This document shows positions 19,636-30,141 of a DNA stretch of 64,000 nucleotides, piece by piece (positions within the stretch are counted from its first letter, which is position 1; the number at the start of each line of letters is the position of its first letter). A program made the translations under genes and the position numbers. The notes under the pieces are model-generated. The model worked only from the letters and a program-made list of their open reading frames with translations, did no database searches and had not been told where the DNA came from. Source of the DNA: Kiritimatiellia bacterium (lineage in GTDB: Bacteria; Verrucomicrobiota; Kiritimatiellia; JAAZAB01); assembly GCA_040767085.1 (NCBI GenBank), contig JAXGPF010000015.1, positions 26,796 through 90,795 of the forward strand, given 5' to 3'.

Positions 19636-20601
19636 GTGAGTCTGGTAAAGCATCCCGGGAAGATCAGTCTGGGCATGATCGGCATGACGGAGGGCAACGG
19701 CCATCCGTATTCCTGGAGCGCCATCTTCAACGGTTATGACCGGGAGCGCATGACCGCCGAATGCCCTTTTGCCGGCATTCCGGAATATCTCAACAAGGAG
19801 CCCCCGGACACCCTGCCGATCCGGGGCGCGCAGGTGACCCACATTTACTGCAACTGCCGCCGGGACGCCGAACAGGTGGCGCGGTGCGCCCTGATTCCCA
19901 ACGTGGTGGATGCGCCGGAGGAACTGATCGGGGCGGTGGATGCCGTGATCATCGCCACCGATATCGGGTCCGAACATGTAGAACGAGCCCGCCCGTTCGT
20001 CGAAGCCGGCCTCCCCCTTTTTATTGACAAGCCGTTATGCGACAATCGCGCCGACCTGGCGCGCTTTCACCGCTGGATTGCCGTTGAAAAACGCCCCATC
20101 CTGTCGTCCAGCTGTATGCGCTATGCCAAGGGGTTCCTGCCATACCGCCTTTCCACCAACGAACTGGGACCGCTGCGTTTCGTTTCGATCACCATGTCCA
20201 AGCAATGGGAAACTTACGGCATTCACGCTTTGGAGGGCATCTACGCCATCGTGGGTCCGGGATTCGAGACAATCCGCAATACCGGCACCTTTGAACGCAA
20301 TATCGTACATATGACCCATCGGCGCGGCATCGATATCGTGATCGCCTGCATCCGGGACGTGCAGTACGGCGGCGCGTTGCGCCTGGCGGGGGTCAAAGGC
20401 AACGTCACCGTGGCGGATGGCGACACCTTTTATGCCTTCAAGGCGCAATTGCAGGCTTACGTCGATTTCCTGCGGACGGGACAATACCCCTTCCCTTTCG
20501 CGGAAACCGAGGAGTTGATGAAACTGGTGATCGGCGGCAGCGAAAGCCGGGCCAGCGGCGGCCAGCCGATACAACTGGACGATATCGTCCCGGCCGTCTG
20601 A
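19636..20601 (+). CDS. Gfo/Idh/MocA family oxidoreductase
   Basis: GMTEGNGHPYSWSAIFNG, LFIDKPL, YGIHALE; GTG start after AGGAGG (alternative start 19573). Confidence 0.85.
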   Translation: MSLVKHPGKISLGMIGMTEGNGHPYSWSAIFNGYDRERMTAECPFAGIPEYLNKEPPDTLPIRGAQVTHIYCNCRRDAEQVARCALIPNVVDAPEELIGAVDAVIIATDIGSEHVERARPFVEAGLPLFIDKPLCDNRADLARFHRWIAVEKRPILSSSCMRYAKGFLPYRLSTNELGPLRFVSITMSKQWETYGIHALEGIYAIVGPGFETIRNTGTFERNIVHMTHRRGIDIVIACIRDVQYGGALRLAGVKGNVTVADGDTFYAFKAQLQAYVDFLRTGQYPFPFAETEELMKLVIGGSESRASGGQPIQLDDIVPAV

Positions 20602-20692
20602 AGCCGCCGGCAATCGCCGGTATAAAGGCGCGCCGCCGGACGCCTGGCGGAGCAGCAAACCCACCTGGCGCAGCCAGTGGAAAGGAGACGCG

Positions 20693-21481
20693 ATGGATGT
20701 GCTGGAGAGCCTGTCCCTGAAGGGGAAAGTGGCGCTGCTGACCGGCGGCGCCGGATTGTTCGGGCGGCAGATGACTGCCGCGCTGGCGGAAGCCGGCGCG
20801 GAAACTTACATCGCCGCCCGCGGCCTGGAAGCGTTGGAGCAGGCGGCGGCGGAAGAGCGCGCCCGCGGCTTCAACGTCCACGCGCTGAGACTCGACCTGG
20901 CCGACGAAACCTCCATCCGCGCCCTGCATGCCGAAATCATGCGGCGCGCCGGACGGATTGACGTGCTGGTCAACAACGCCGTCACCCGGTGCGCGACCGA
21001 GGGCTGGGACCAGCCGCTGGCAGCGTATGATCGAAGCCTGCATATCAACGCCTCGGCCCTCTTCCTGCTAACCAGCTTGTTCGCCGGGGAAATGCAAAAG
21101 CAGCGCGCCGGCTCGATTATCAACATCGCGTCCATGATGGGGATGGTGGGCGTCGAATTCGGCAATTACAAGGGCACCGACATGGGGCGCAACCCCTCGC
21201 CCATCTATTCCTACGAGAAAGGCGGCATGATCAATTTCACGCGCTGGGCCGCCAGCCTGCTGGGGCCGCATAATGTGCGGGTGAATTGCGTGTCGCCCGG
21301 GGGGTTCTGGATGCCGGAACATCCCGCCCGGTTCGTCAAGCAATACAGCGAACGCACCCAGTTGGGCCGCATGGCCAACGAAACGGATTTGAAGGGCATC
21401 ATCGTGTTCCTGGGCTCGGACGCCTCAAGCTACATCACCGGGGCCAACATCCCGGTGGATGGCGGCTACACCGCGAAGTAA
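20693..21481 (+). CDS. SDR family oxidoreductase
   Basis: TGGAGLFG, LVNNA, YSYEK (YxxxK), VNCVSPGG, VDGG. Confidence 0.93.
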   Translation: MDVLESLSLKGKVALLTGGAGLFGRQMTAALAEAGAETYIAARGLEALEQAAAEERARGFNVHALRLDLADETSIRALHAEIMRRAGRIDVLVNNAVTRCATEGWDQPLAAYDRSLHINASALFLLTSLFAGEMQKQRAGSIINIASMMGMVGVEFGNYKGTDMGRNPSPIYSYEKGGMINFTRWAASLLGPHNVRVNCVSPGGFWMPEHPARFVKQYSERTQLGRMANETDLKGIIVFLGSDASSYITGANIPVDGGYTAK

Positions 21482-21525
21482 GCTGCCGTTTTTGCATCCA
21501 CGCCGCATCCTTCTGAAAGCCAGAC

Positions 21526-22530
21526 ATGCCAACGCTGCATCAACAGGGCGATTTCGAATACAACCGTTATGACCGCGATTTCTGGCGGCAGGAACTGGAT
21601 GACTTTCTGCCGGCGCGTATCTTTGACGCGCATGCGCATTTATGGACGGAAGCCGGGCAGGGCCACCTGCCGCCGCCGGCCCCGGGCGGGCATTTGCGCA
21701 TGGAAGTGGATTTGGCGGCATTGCAAGCGTGGTCGGCCCATATGTTTCCTGGCCGCGAATGCCATTATCACCTGCTGGCAACTCCTAACCCCGGCATGGA
21801 TATCCCGGCTAACAACGCCTGGCTGAGCCGGCAGGCCGCCGGCGACCCGGCATCCCGCTGCAGCATCGCGGTCGCCCCGCAAATCCCGCCGGAACAACTG
21901 GATGCCATGCTTGCCCGGCACAGTTGCATCGGCGTCAAACCATATCGTTCCTTCGCGGCGGCGCCGGCGGAGGCGCGCATCCGCGATTTCCTGCCGGAAA
22001 GCCAGATGGAAGTTCTGGACAGCCGCGGCAAGGCGGTAACGCTGCACCTATCGCTTAAACAGGGGCCGGCCGATCCTGCCAACCTGAATGATTTGCGGGC
22101 ATACACCGCGCGCTATCCCCGTATCAGGTGGATTCTGGCGCACTGCGCGCGCGGATTCAACGCCTGCCTGCTGGAGAAATCCATCCACGAACTCAAGCAT
22201 ATCCCTAACTTGTGGTACGACACATCGGCCGTTAACGACTTGTACGCCCATTACCTGCTTTTAAAACACGAAGACATCCATCGCATCATGTTCGGTTCGG
22301 ACAATGTGCTGGCCGGCTGCGCCCATGGAAAATATATCACTTATGCCCGCGCCTGGCTGATGTACGACGGCCGCGCGCCGCTGGAACACTGCGATGCGCG
22401 GCCGGTGCCGGTGATTTACGAACAATTGCTGCAACAGAAACGCGCCGCGGAAATGCTGGGATTGGCTAAGACTGACATTGAAAAAGTGTTCGCCGGCAAT
22501 GCTCATGCCTTTTTTCAAACCATGGTTTGA
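21526..22530 (+). CDS. Amidohydrolase_2 family protein
   Basis: IFDAHAH, GVKPY, ILAHCAR, YDTS, MFGSD, GNA. Confidence 0.88.
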   Translation: MPTLHQQGDFEYNRYDRDFWRQELDDFLPARIFDAHAHLWTEAGQGHLPPPAPGGHLRMEVDLAALQAWSAHMFPGRECHYHLLATPNPGMDIPANNAWLSRQAAGDPASRCSIAVAPQIPPEQLDAMLARHSCIGVKPYRSFAAAPAEARIRDFLPESQMEVLDSRGKAVTLHLSLKQGPADPANLNDLRAYTARYPRIRWILAHCARGFNACLLEKSIHELKHIPNLWYDTSAVNDLYAHYLLLKHEDIHRIMFGSDNVLAGCAHGKYITYARAWLMYDGRAPLEHCDARPVPVIYEQLLQQKRAAEMLGLAKTDIEKVFAGNAHAFFQTMV

Positions 22531-22579
22531 ATCCTGCCGGCCAAGCGCCGTTTAACGGCGGAAAACGCGCGGCGGTTCC

Positions 22580-22842
22580 AAAGGGCTGTGTCATTCTCGG
22601 CGGCTCGCTCCCGCGCCAGGCGGGACAAGCCGGAGGTTTACCCCGCTTTGAGCGGGGTCTCGCCCTTCAGCAGATTTCCCAGGTGGGGCGAGCTCTCCGA
22701 CTCCGGCTTTGCCGGACGGCTCCGTCGGAGACGTCGCCCTACCTCCAGCAGATTTCCCAGGCAGGGTGAGTTCTCCCTGCGTGCTGCGCTATGCAGGGCA
22801 AGCCGTACCGAGCCGTCTGTTCTGAGAATGACGCAGCCCTGG
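22580..22842 (-). mobile_element. MITE-like element, copy 3
   Basis: Reverse complement of copy 2; TIRs AGGGCTGTGTCATTCTC / GAGAATGACGCAGCCCT; perfect flanking direct repeat (G)GCGGTTCC. Confidence 0.87.
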
Positions 22843-22976
22843 GCGGTTCCGCAATCGTTCACATAAAAAATTTGACACCGCCCAAAACTTAGGATAAATC
22901 TTAATAAACGCTTGTCTCCGTTGTCTTGAAATTCAGCGGTCAGCGGAGGGAGTTCTACCAAGGAGTCGCCCGGTTC

Positions 22977-24296
22977 ATGCATGACAAGACATCACAGCGA
23001 TACCAGAGTGCCATTGACCTGATCCCCGGCGGCGGCCAACTCTTGAGCAAACGGCCGGAGATATTCGCCCCGGCTCAATGGCCGGCTTATTTTTCCCGCG
23101 CCGCCGGTTGTGAAATATGGGATTTGGATGGCCGGCATTATTACGATTTTTCGCACAACAATGTGGGGGCATGCCTGCTGGGCTACGCCCACCCTGACAT
23201 CACGCAGGCGGTAATGCGCGTGATCAAGGACGGCTGCATGTCGTCCCTGAACCCGCCGGAAGAGGTGGAACTGGCCGAACAACTGCTGGCCATCCATCCC
23301 TGGGCGGAAAACGCCCGGTTTACCAGGGCCGGCGGCGAATCCATGGCCGTGGCCGTCCGCATCGCCCGCGCCACCACCGACCGTTCGGCGGTGGCCATCG
23401 CCGGCTACCACGGCTGGCACGACTGGTATCTGGCCGCCAACCTGGGCGATAACGACGCCTTGCGCGGCATGCTGCTGCCCGGGCTTGAACCGCGCGGCGT
23501 GCCGCGCGAATTGCGCGGCACCGCCATACCTTTCGACCACGGCGATCCGGCAGCGTTTGACGCGGTCATGGAAAAACACGGCCGCCGGCTGGCAGCGGTG
23601 GTGATGGAGCCCTGCCGGCATCATACCCCCCCGCCGGGATACCTGGAACATGTCCGGGCGCGGACACAGGCTTGCGGCGCGCTGCTGATTTTCGATGAAA
23701 TCACCATCGGCTGGCGGATGTATTTCGGCGGCGTGCATATGATGTTGGGAGTCCATCCCGACATCGCCGTCTTCGCCAAGGCCCTGGGCAATGGACATCC
23801 CATCGGCGCCGTCATCGGCACGCGCGCCGCCATGGCCGGGGCGCATTCATCCTTCATCAGCAGCACTTTCTGGACTGAGCGGGTCGGCCCGGCGGCGGCC
23901 CTGGCCGTCCTGCGGCAAATGCGGGAAACCGATGTGCCCGCCCATGTCAGCCGCATAGGCAAAGCCGTGCAGGAAATATGGCGCCAGGCCGCGCGCAAAC
24001 ACGGCGTGCCGGCCTCAGCGCCGGACGCTTTCGCCTGCCTGGCCCAGTTGACATTTGAAAACGATCCAAATAACATCATGCGCACATTATTTACTCAGGA
24101 GATGCTGGCGCAGGGATTCCTGGCCGGCGCCGCATTTTATCCCACCATGGCGCACACGCCGGAACTGGTAGATAAATATGCCGCCGCCATTGACGCGGTT
24201 TTCGGAAAACTGGCGGCATACCAGGCCGCAGGCCACCCGGAAAAATTCCTCCACGGGCCGCCGGCCCATGGCGGATTCAAACGGCTGGTAAAATAA
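22977..24296 (+). CDS. Class III PLP aminotransferase (GSA-aminomutase-like)
   Basis: WDLDGRHYYD, YHGWHDW, FDEITIGWR, FAKALGNG. Confidence 0.9.
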   Translation: MHDKTSQRYQSAIDLIPGGGQLLSKRPEIFAPAQWPAYFSRAAGCEIWDLDGRHYYDFSHNNVGACLLGYAHPDITQAVMRVIKDGCMSSLNPPEEVELAEQLLAIHPWAENARFTRAGGESMAVAVRIARATTDRSAVAIAGYHGWHDWYLAANLGDNDALRGMLLPGLEPRGVPRELRGTAIPFDHGDPAAFDAVMEKHGRRLAAVVMEPCRHHTPPPGYLEHVRARTQACGALLIFDEITIGWRMYFGGVHMMLGVHPDIAVFAKALGNGHPIGAVIGTRAAMAGAHSSFISSTFWTERVGPAAALAVLRQMRETDVPAHVSRIGKAVQEIWRQAARKHGVPASAPDAFACLAQLTFENDPNNIMRTLFTQEMLAQGFLAGAAFYPTMAHTPELVDKYAAAIDAVFGKLAAYQAAGHPEKFLHGPPAHGGFKRLVK

Positions 24297-24313
24297 AAAT
24301 TGGAAAGGATTAT

Positions 24314-25222
24314 ATGCAACCAACATTAGCAGTCATGGCGGCCGGCGTCGGCAGCCGTTTCGGGGGATTGAAACAGATCGAACCGGTCGGGCCGTCCGGC
24401 GAAATCATGCTGGATTATTCGGTGTTTGACGCCATCCGCGCCGGATTCGGCAAGGTGGTCTTCATCATCCGGCGCGATATTGAAAAAGATTTCAAGGAGG
24501 CCATCGGGGCGCATTTCACCGGCAGGATCGAGATTGGCTATGTTTTCCAGGAAAAAGACGCCTGCCTGCCGCCCGGGTATGCCGTGCCGGACGACCGCCG
24601 GAAACCCTGGGGCACAGGGCACGCGATCCTATGCTGCCGGGATGATGTGCGCGAACCGTTCGGCGTGATCAATGCCGACGATTTTTACGGCCGGGACTCC
24701 TACCGCGTCCTGGCGGAATACCTGTCGCGCAAGACGGTGGAAAGCACCGATTACGCCATGGTCGGATTCGCCCTGGCCAACACGCTTTCCGACCATGGGC
24801 ACGTCACCCGCGGCATTTGCGAAGTGGACGCGAACCGCATGCTGCGCAGCGTCAAGGAACGATTCAAAATTGAAAAAACGCCCGCCGGCGCCCGGTACGA
24901 GGACGAACACGGGCAATGGCATCACTTGCGCGGCGGCGAGATCGCTTCCATGAACATGTTCGGCTTCACCCCCGCTCTGTTCCCGGAGTTGGAGCGCAAA
25001 CTGCCGGATTTTCTGGCAGGCGCCCGCGCCAATCCCAAGGCGGAATTCCTGATGCCGGCCATCGCCGACGAACTGATCCGGGAAAAGCGCGCCACCCTGC
25101 AGGTGCTGGAAACATCCGAAAAATGGTTTGGCGTGACTTACAAGGAAGACAAGCCCGTGGTGGCCGCCGGCATCCGGCAATTGATCGCCCGGGGACATTA
25201 TCCGGCGCGGTTATGGCAATAA
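24314..25222 (+). CDS. Sugar-phosphate nucleotidyltransferase
   Basis: MAAGVGSRFGGLKQ, KPWGTGHA, INADDFYG, WFGVTY. Confidence 0.9.
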   Translation: MQPTLAVMAAGVGSRFGGLKQIEPVGPSGEIMLDYSVFDAIRAGFGKVVFIIRRDIEKDFKEAIGAHFTGRIEIGYVFQEKDACLPPGYAVPDDRRKPWGTGHAILCCRDDVREPFGVINADDFYGRDSYRVLAEYLSRKTVESTDYAMVGFALANTLSDHGHVTRGICEVDANRMLRSVKERFKIEKTPAGARYEDEHGQWHHLRGGEIASMNMFGFTPALFPELERKLPDFLAGARANPKAEFLMPAIADELIREKRATLQVLETSEKWFGVTYKEDKPVVAAGIRQLIARGHYPARLWQ

Positions 25223-25325
25223 GCGCCGGCACTCTATCGCTCCGGCCCGGCTGGAAGCCGCCGGCCGACCCGGCGCTTTTCAACCCCAGGCCAGCGCCCG
25301 CCGGGCGCCAGGGAAACTGACGGAA

Positions 25326-26954
25326 ATGAACTGGCTGGACTGGATGGTAGTGGCCGGGTACATGCTCGGCATGTTGGCCATGTCGGCCTGGCTGGGCCGG
25401 CGCCAACGCGATGCCCGGGATTATTATGTCGGCGGCTACCGCATCGGCACGCTGGCCATTGCTTTGTCAACAATGGCCACGCAATGTTCCACCAACAGCC
25501 TCCTGGGCGCCCCGGCCTTCGTCATCGCCGTGGGCGGCTTGCTCTGGCTGCAGTATGAACTGGCCGTGCCCCTGGCCATGATCGCCTGCATGCTGTTCCT
25601 CCTGCCGTTTTTCCGCCAGCAGCGGGTGGTCTCCGTTTATGAATACCTGGAACGCCGGTTCGGCCCCGCCAGCCGCACCCTGCTCTCGCTGCTGTTCCAG
25701 TTTTTACGGGCGTTTTCCACGGGGGTGACGGTGTACGGCATTTCGCTGGTGATCGCCAGCCTCACCGGCCTGCCCTTCTGGGGCGCGGTGCTGTTGATCG
25801 GCGGCATCACCATCGTCTATGATTTCCTGGGCGGCATCCGCGCCGTGATTTTCTCGGATGTGCTGCAAATGGCGGTCCTCTATGCCGGTATCGCCGTCTG
25901 CCTGTTTTACGCCGTCAACCGCACCGGCGGCTGGGCCGAAGTGCTGCGCCTCTTCCCCACCGCGCAGGCGCGGACGCTTGATTTTTCAGGATGGGGTCTG
26001 TCCGATGGGCGCAACTTTGCCTTCTGGCCGATGTTGCTCGGCGGCTTTTTTCTGTATTTGAGTTACTACGGCTGCGACCAGACCCAGGTGCAGCGCGAAC
26101 TTTCCGCGCGGGATGTGGATGCCGCCAACATGTCCTTGTTCCTGAACGGCATCCTGCGTTTCCCGTTGGTGCTGACCTATTGCCTGCTGGGAGTAGCCAT
26201 CGGCGCTTACGCCGTCCGGCACCCGGAATTCACAGCACTGCTGACCCATCCCGCCACCGGCGCCGCGGACTACAACCTGGCCGTGCCGGCGTTTTGCGTG
26301 CGTTATCTGCCCCACGGCGTGATCGGCCTGGTCATGGTGGCGCTATTCGCCGCGGCCATGTCATCCCTGGACTCCACGATCAATTCCCTCTCCGCTGTGA
26401 CCATGCGGGATATTATCGAACGCTTCCTGCTCCGAAGCAGCCTGGCCGGCCGCCGGCAAATAATCTGGGCCCGGCTGACCACCGTCTTCTGGGGCGTGCT
26501 CTGCATGGCCTTCGCATTCGTCGTGGGGGATATCTCCGTCTCCATCATTGAATCCATTAACAAAATCGGTTCGCTGGTCAATGGGCCCATCCTGGGAACT
26601 TTTTTGCTCGCAACACTCACCCGCCGCACCAATGACGGGGGCGCGGTCATCGGCATCGCAGCCGGGTTCGCCGGCAATTGCCTGACGTGGATGTTTCTGC
26701 CAGGAGTATCCTGGCTCTGGTGGAATGTCAGCGGCTGCCTGCTGACTTGCGCGGCGGGGTATGGCGGCAGCCGTTTCTTCCAATCGCGGCGAACGCCCGC
26801 CGCCATAGCGCAACTGGTCTTCCAGCGCGACCGGCGCCGGCAATTCAACTACCGCCGGCATTGGGGCCATTACCAGTTGGCGTTGCTGTTATACTTCCTG
26901 CTGATGCTGGCGGCGCTGCGAGGCATTGAGCTGCTTTTCCGCGCGGGCGCGTAA
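25326..26954 (+). CDS. Sodium:solute symporter (SSS)
   Basis: YEYLERRFG, GGIRAVIFSD, DQTQVQR, AAAMSSLDS. Confidence 0.93.
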   Translation: MNWLDWMVVAGYMLGMLAMSAWLGRRQRDARDYYVGGYRIGTLAIALSTMATQCSTNSLLGAPAFVIAVGGLLWLQYELAVPLAMIACMLFLLPFFRQQRVVSVYEYLERRFGPASRTLLSLLFQFLRAFSTGVTVYGISLVIASLTGLPFWGAVLLIGGITIVYDFLGGIRAVIFSDVLQMAVLYAGIAVCLFYAVNRTGGWAEVLRLFPTAQARTLDFSGWGLSDGRNFAFWPMLLGGFFLYLSYYGCDQTQVQRELSARDVDAANMSLFLNGILRFPLVLTYCLLGVAIGAYAVRHPEFTALLTHPATGAADYNLAVPAFCVRYLPHGVIGLVMVALFAAAMSSLDSTINSLSAVTMRDIIERFLLRSSLAGRRQIIWARLTTVFWGVLCMAFAFVVGDISVSIIESINKIGSLVNGPILGTFLLATLTRRTNDGGAVIGIAAGFAGNCLTWMFLPGVSWLWWNVSGCLLTCAAGYGGSRFFQSRRTPAAIAQLVFQRDRRRQFNYRRHWGHYQLALLLYFLLMLAALRGIELLFRAGA

Positions 26955-26964
26955 CGCCGGCAGT

Positions 26965-27909
26965 TCAGCCGGCCAGTTCCGCGGCCGCGCGTTCCAGCGA
27001 GGGCGCATCCTGGACATTGACCAGGGCGGCGCCTGCCGCGATGCGCTTGATCAGGCCGGATAATACGCGGCCGGGGCCGCACTCGACGTACCGCTGCGCG
27101 CCGGTTTGTTCCAGCGACTGGACGCAGGCGATCCAATTGACCGGCGAAGTCACCTGGCGCACCATCAGCCGCCGGATTTCATCCGGCGCGCCATGCGCGC
27201 GGCCGGTGACATTGGACATCACCGGCTCCGCCGGCTCCTGCAGGGGCACGCTTTCCAGCAAACGGGCGAGTTTTTCCGCCGCCGGCTGCATCAGCGAGGA
27301 ATGGTAGGCGCCGGCGACGCTCAAAGGCACCACGCGCTTGGCGCCGGCATCTTTGGCCATTTTTTCCGCCGCCGGCAGAGCGGCGCGCCGGCCCGAAAGC
27401 ACGGTCTGACCGGGCGAGTTGTAGTTGGCCACTTCCACCCCGGCGGCGGCGGCGATTTCGACTACGCGGCCGGCCTCCAAGCCGATCACGCTCAGCATGC
27501 CGCCGGCCTGGGCTTCGCAGGCCTCCTGCATGAACCGGCCGCGGGCTTCGAGGATTTTCAATCCATCTTCATACCGGACCGCGCCGGCCAGGTGCAGGGC
27601 CGTCCATTCCCCCAGGCTTAGGCCGGCCAGTCCCGCGGGCCGGCCCGCGCCGTCCGGCAGGCGGGCGCGCAGGGCGGCGGCGCAAACCGCGGTAACGGCG
27701 AAAATCGCCGGCTGGCAGATATTGGATTTAATCAATTCCGCTTCCGGCCCTTCGAAACACAAGCGCGCCAGGTCAAAACCCAGCACCGCGTTGGCCTGTT
27801 CGAACATGGCGCGGCAGGCAGGCAAAGTTTCAGCCAGGTCGCGCCCCATGCCCACGAACTGGGCGCCCTGCCCCGCGCAGACCCAGGCTGTTCGATTCGA
27901 TTCCGCCAT
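26965..27909 (-). CDS. fabD: Malonyl-CoA:ACP transacylase
   Basis: GQGAQ, GLSLGE, AYHS, ECGPG. Confidence 0.95.
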   Translation of the reverse strand: MAESNRTAWVCAGQGAQFVGMGRDLAETLPACRAMFEQANAVLGFDLARLCFEGPEAELIKSNICQPAIFAVTAVCAAALRARLPDGAGRPAGLAGLSLGEWTALHLAGAVRYEDGLKILEARGRFMQEACEAQAGGMLSVIGLEAGRVVEIAAAAGVEVANYNSPGQTVLSGRRAALPAAEKMAKDAGAKRVVPLSVAGAYHSSLMQPAAEKLARLLESVPLQEPAEPVMSNVTGRAHGAPDEIRRLMVRQVTSPVNWIACVQSLEQTGAQRYVECGPGRVLSGLIKRIAAGAALVNVQDAPSLERAAAELAG

Positions 27910-27927
27910 CGCCCCGCCCTCCCCTTT

Positions 27928-28944
27928 TTACCATTCCAGCACTGAGGCCGCCCAGGTAAATCCGCCGCCGAACGCTATCAGCAGCACCAGGTCGCCCCGG
28001 CGGATGCGTCCCGCGCGCACGGCCTCATCCAGCGCCACCGGCACAGAGGCGGCGGACATATTGCCGCAATGCTCCAGGTTGACATAGTATTTCTCCTGCG
28101 GCGCGCCCAATCGCTGGCCGATGGCCTGAATGATCCGCAGGTTGGCCTGGTGCGGGATGATACAGGCAATCTCGTCAATGCTGACGCCGCTGCGCTGCAG
28201 CGCCTCCTGCGAAGCGTTGAGCATGGAACTGACGGCGTGCTTGAAAACTTCCCGTCCGGCCATTTTGATGTAATGCAGGCGGTCGCGCAAGGTCTCCGGA
28301 GAGGCCGGGTTACGGCTGCCGCCGGCCGGCATGTTCAGCAGTTCGGAGAGATTGCCGTCGGTGGCCATCACGGTGGACATGATGCCCCGCGCGCCGGGAC
28401 GCGCCTGCAGGATCGCCGCCCCGGCGCCGTCGCCGAAGAGCACACAGGTGGAGCGGTCTTCCCAGTCGGTGATGGAACTGAGTTTCTCAGCGCCGATGAC
28501 CATGACGTTACGGTAGCCGCCGGTTTGAATGAACCGGCGCCCGGTTTCCATGGCGAAAATGAAACCGGAACAGGCGGCTACGAGGTCGAAGCATACCGCG
28601 CGTTCCGCACCGATCGCTTTCTGGACATAGCAGGCAGTGCTGGGGAAAAACATGTCCGGGGTGATCGTACCCACGAGAATCAGGTCCAAATCCCGGGCGG
28701 ACAACCCGGCTTGCTGCAGGGCGCGCAAGGCGGCCTGCGCCGCCATGTCGGAAGTGGCCTGGCCGGCAGCGGCGATGTGGCGTTCCCGGATGCCGGTGCG
28801 GGTGGTGATCCATTCGTCGGAAGTATCCACCATCTTTGCTAGATCGGCGTTGGTCAGGATTTTTTCCGGCAGATACGACCCGGTGGCCACCAAGGCCACC
28901 GCGGGAAGGTCGCGCCCGCCGTTGTTGTCTGCTTTATGATGCAT
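27928..28944 (-). CDS. fabH: 3-oxoacyl-ACP synthase III
   Basis: AACSGF, LFGDGAGA, PHQAN, GNMSAAS, FGGGFTW. Confidence 0.96.
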   Translation of the reverse strand: MHHKADNNGGRDLPAVALVATGSYLPEKILTNADLAKMVDTSDEWITTRTGIRERHIAAAGQATSDMAAQAALRALQQAGLSARDLDLILVGTITPDMFFPSTACYVQKAIGAERAVCFDLVAACSGFIFAMETGRRFIQTGGYRNVMVIGAEKLSSITDWEDRSTCVLFGDGAGAAILQARPGARGIMSTVMATDGNLSELLNMPAGGSRNPASPETLRDRLHYIKMAGREVFKHAVSSMLNASQEALQRSGVSIDEIACIIPHQANLRIIQAIGQRLGAPQEKYYVNLEHCGNMSAASVPVALDEAVRAGRIRRGDLVLLIAFGGGFTWAASVLEW

Positions 28945-29944
28945 GGCCTTCTCCCACAGCCCGGATGATATGTTCGTTCAAATTGAGTTTCACCGAATCG
29001 CACGCCACGCGGATCGCATGAAAGATGGCGCAGGGCGAGGAGGCGCCGTGAGAGATGATGCAGACGCCATTGACGCCCAGCAGCGGCGCGCCGCCGTACA
29101 TTTCCGGGTTCATGTTGGCGCGCAGGGCGCGCAAGGCGCCGCTGAGCAGCGCCGCGCCGGCCAGGCGCACGGGATTGCGGCGGAATTCCTGCTTGATCCA
29201 ATGCCCCACGGCATGCGCCACGCTTTCACTGGTCTTGAGAATGACGTTGCCGACGAAACCGTCGCAAACGGCCACATCGATCTCGCCTTCAAACAGATCG
29301 TGCCCTTCAATGTTCCCGCGGAAATTCATCAGCGGCGCTTCGTGCAGCAGCTTGAAGGCTTCCTTGGTAGTTTCGTTGCCCTTGCTGTCCTCGGTGCCAA
29401 CGCTCATCAGGCCGACCAGCGGGTTGGCGCTCCGGAGAATTTCCCGGGCGTAGAGTGTGCCCATGACCGCAAATTGCACGAGCATGCGCGCCGTGCAATC
29501 GGTATTGGCGCCGGCGTCAATGAGGACAAAGGGTTTGCGCGGTGTGGGCATCACCGTGGCGATGGCCGGGCGGTCGATCCCGGCCAGGGTGCGCAACTTC
29601 AAGGTGGCGGAGGCGACGACCGCGCCGGTGTTGCCGGCGGAAATCATGCCTTGCACCGCGCCGGACTTGACGAGATCGATCGCGCGGTTGATGGATGAAT
29701 CCTTCTTGCGCCGCACCGCCTGAACCGGCGTTTCCTCCATACCGATCACCTCGGCACAGTGGTAAATTTCCACCGACCCGGGAACAGCCCCGCGCTGGAC
29801 GGCCAATTCCCGGCGGATGGCGGTTTCATCGCCGACCAGCACCAGGCGTTCGATCCCCTGCAAACGCCGGGCGGCATCCACAGCGCCGGCGACCACGGCG
29901 GACGGGGCAAAATCGCCTCCCATGGCATCAACGGCAATTTTCAT
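28934..29944 (-). CDS. plsX: Phosphate acyltransferase PlsX
   Basis: MKIAVDAMGGD, SAGNTGA, DAGAN, DGFVGN, GGAPLLG. Confidence 0.96.
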   Translation of the reverse strand: MKIAVDAMGGDFAPSAVVAGAVDAARRLQGIERLVLVGDETAIRRELAVQRGAVPGSVEIYHCAEVIGMEETPVQAVRRKKDSSINRAIDLVKSGAVQGMISAGNTGAVVASATLKLRTLAGIDRPAIATVMPTPRKPFVLIDAGANTDCTARMLVQFAVMGTLYAREILRSANPLVGLMSVGTEDSKGNETTKEAFKLLHEAPLMNFRGNIEGHDLFEGEIDVAVCDGFVGNVILKTSESVAHAVGHWIKQEFRRNPVRLAGAALLSGALRALRANMNPEMYGGAPLLGVNGVCIISHGASSPCAIFHAIRVACDSVKLNLNEHIIRAVGEGHAS

Positions 29945-29958
29945 CGGGCAAGCCTTGG

Positions 29959-30141
29959 TCAATCGGCGTTGATGGTCAGAACCTGGCGTCCCCGGTAGTA
30001 GCCGCAGGCCGGGCAGACCCGGTGCGGCTGATGCGCGTCGCCGCAATTAGGACAAGGCTTGGGAGCGGGGAGCACGCTTTTATGCGCCCGTTTGCACATT
30101 CTTACCTTGCTTTTCGACTTCCTGCGTTTTGGCATTGCCAT
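29959..30141 (-). CDS. rpmF: 50S ribosomal protein L32
   Basis: [10 protein letters not shown] ... [15 protein letters not shown]. Confidence 0.96.
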   Translation of the reverse strand: MAMPKRRKSKSKVRMCKRAHKSVLPAPKPCPNCGDAHQPHRVCPACGYYRGRQVLTINAD

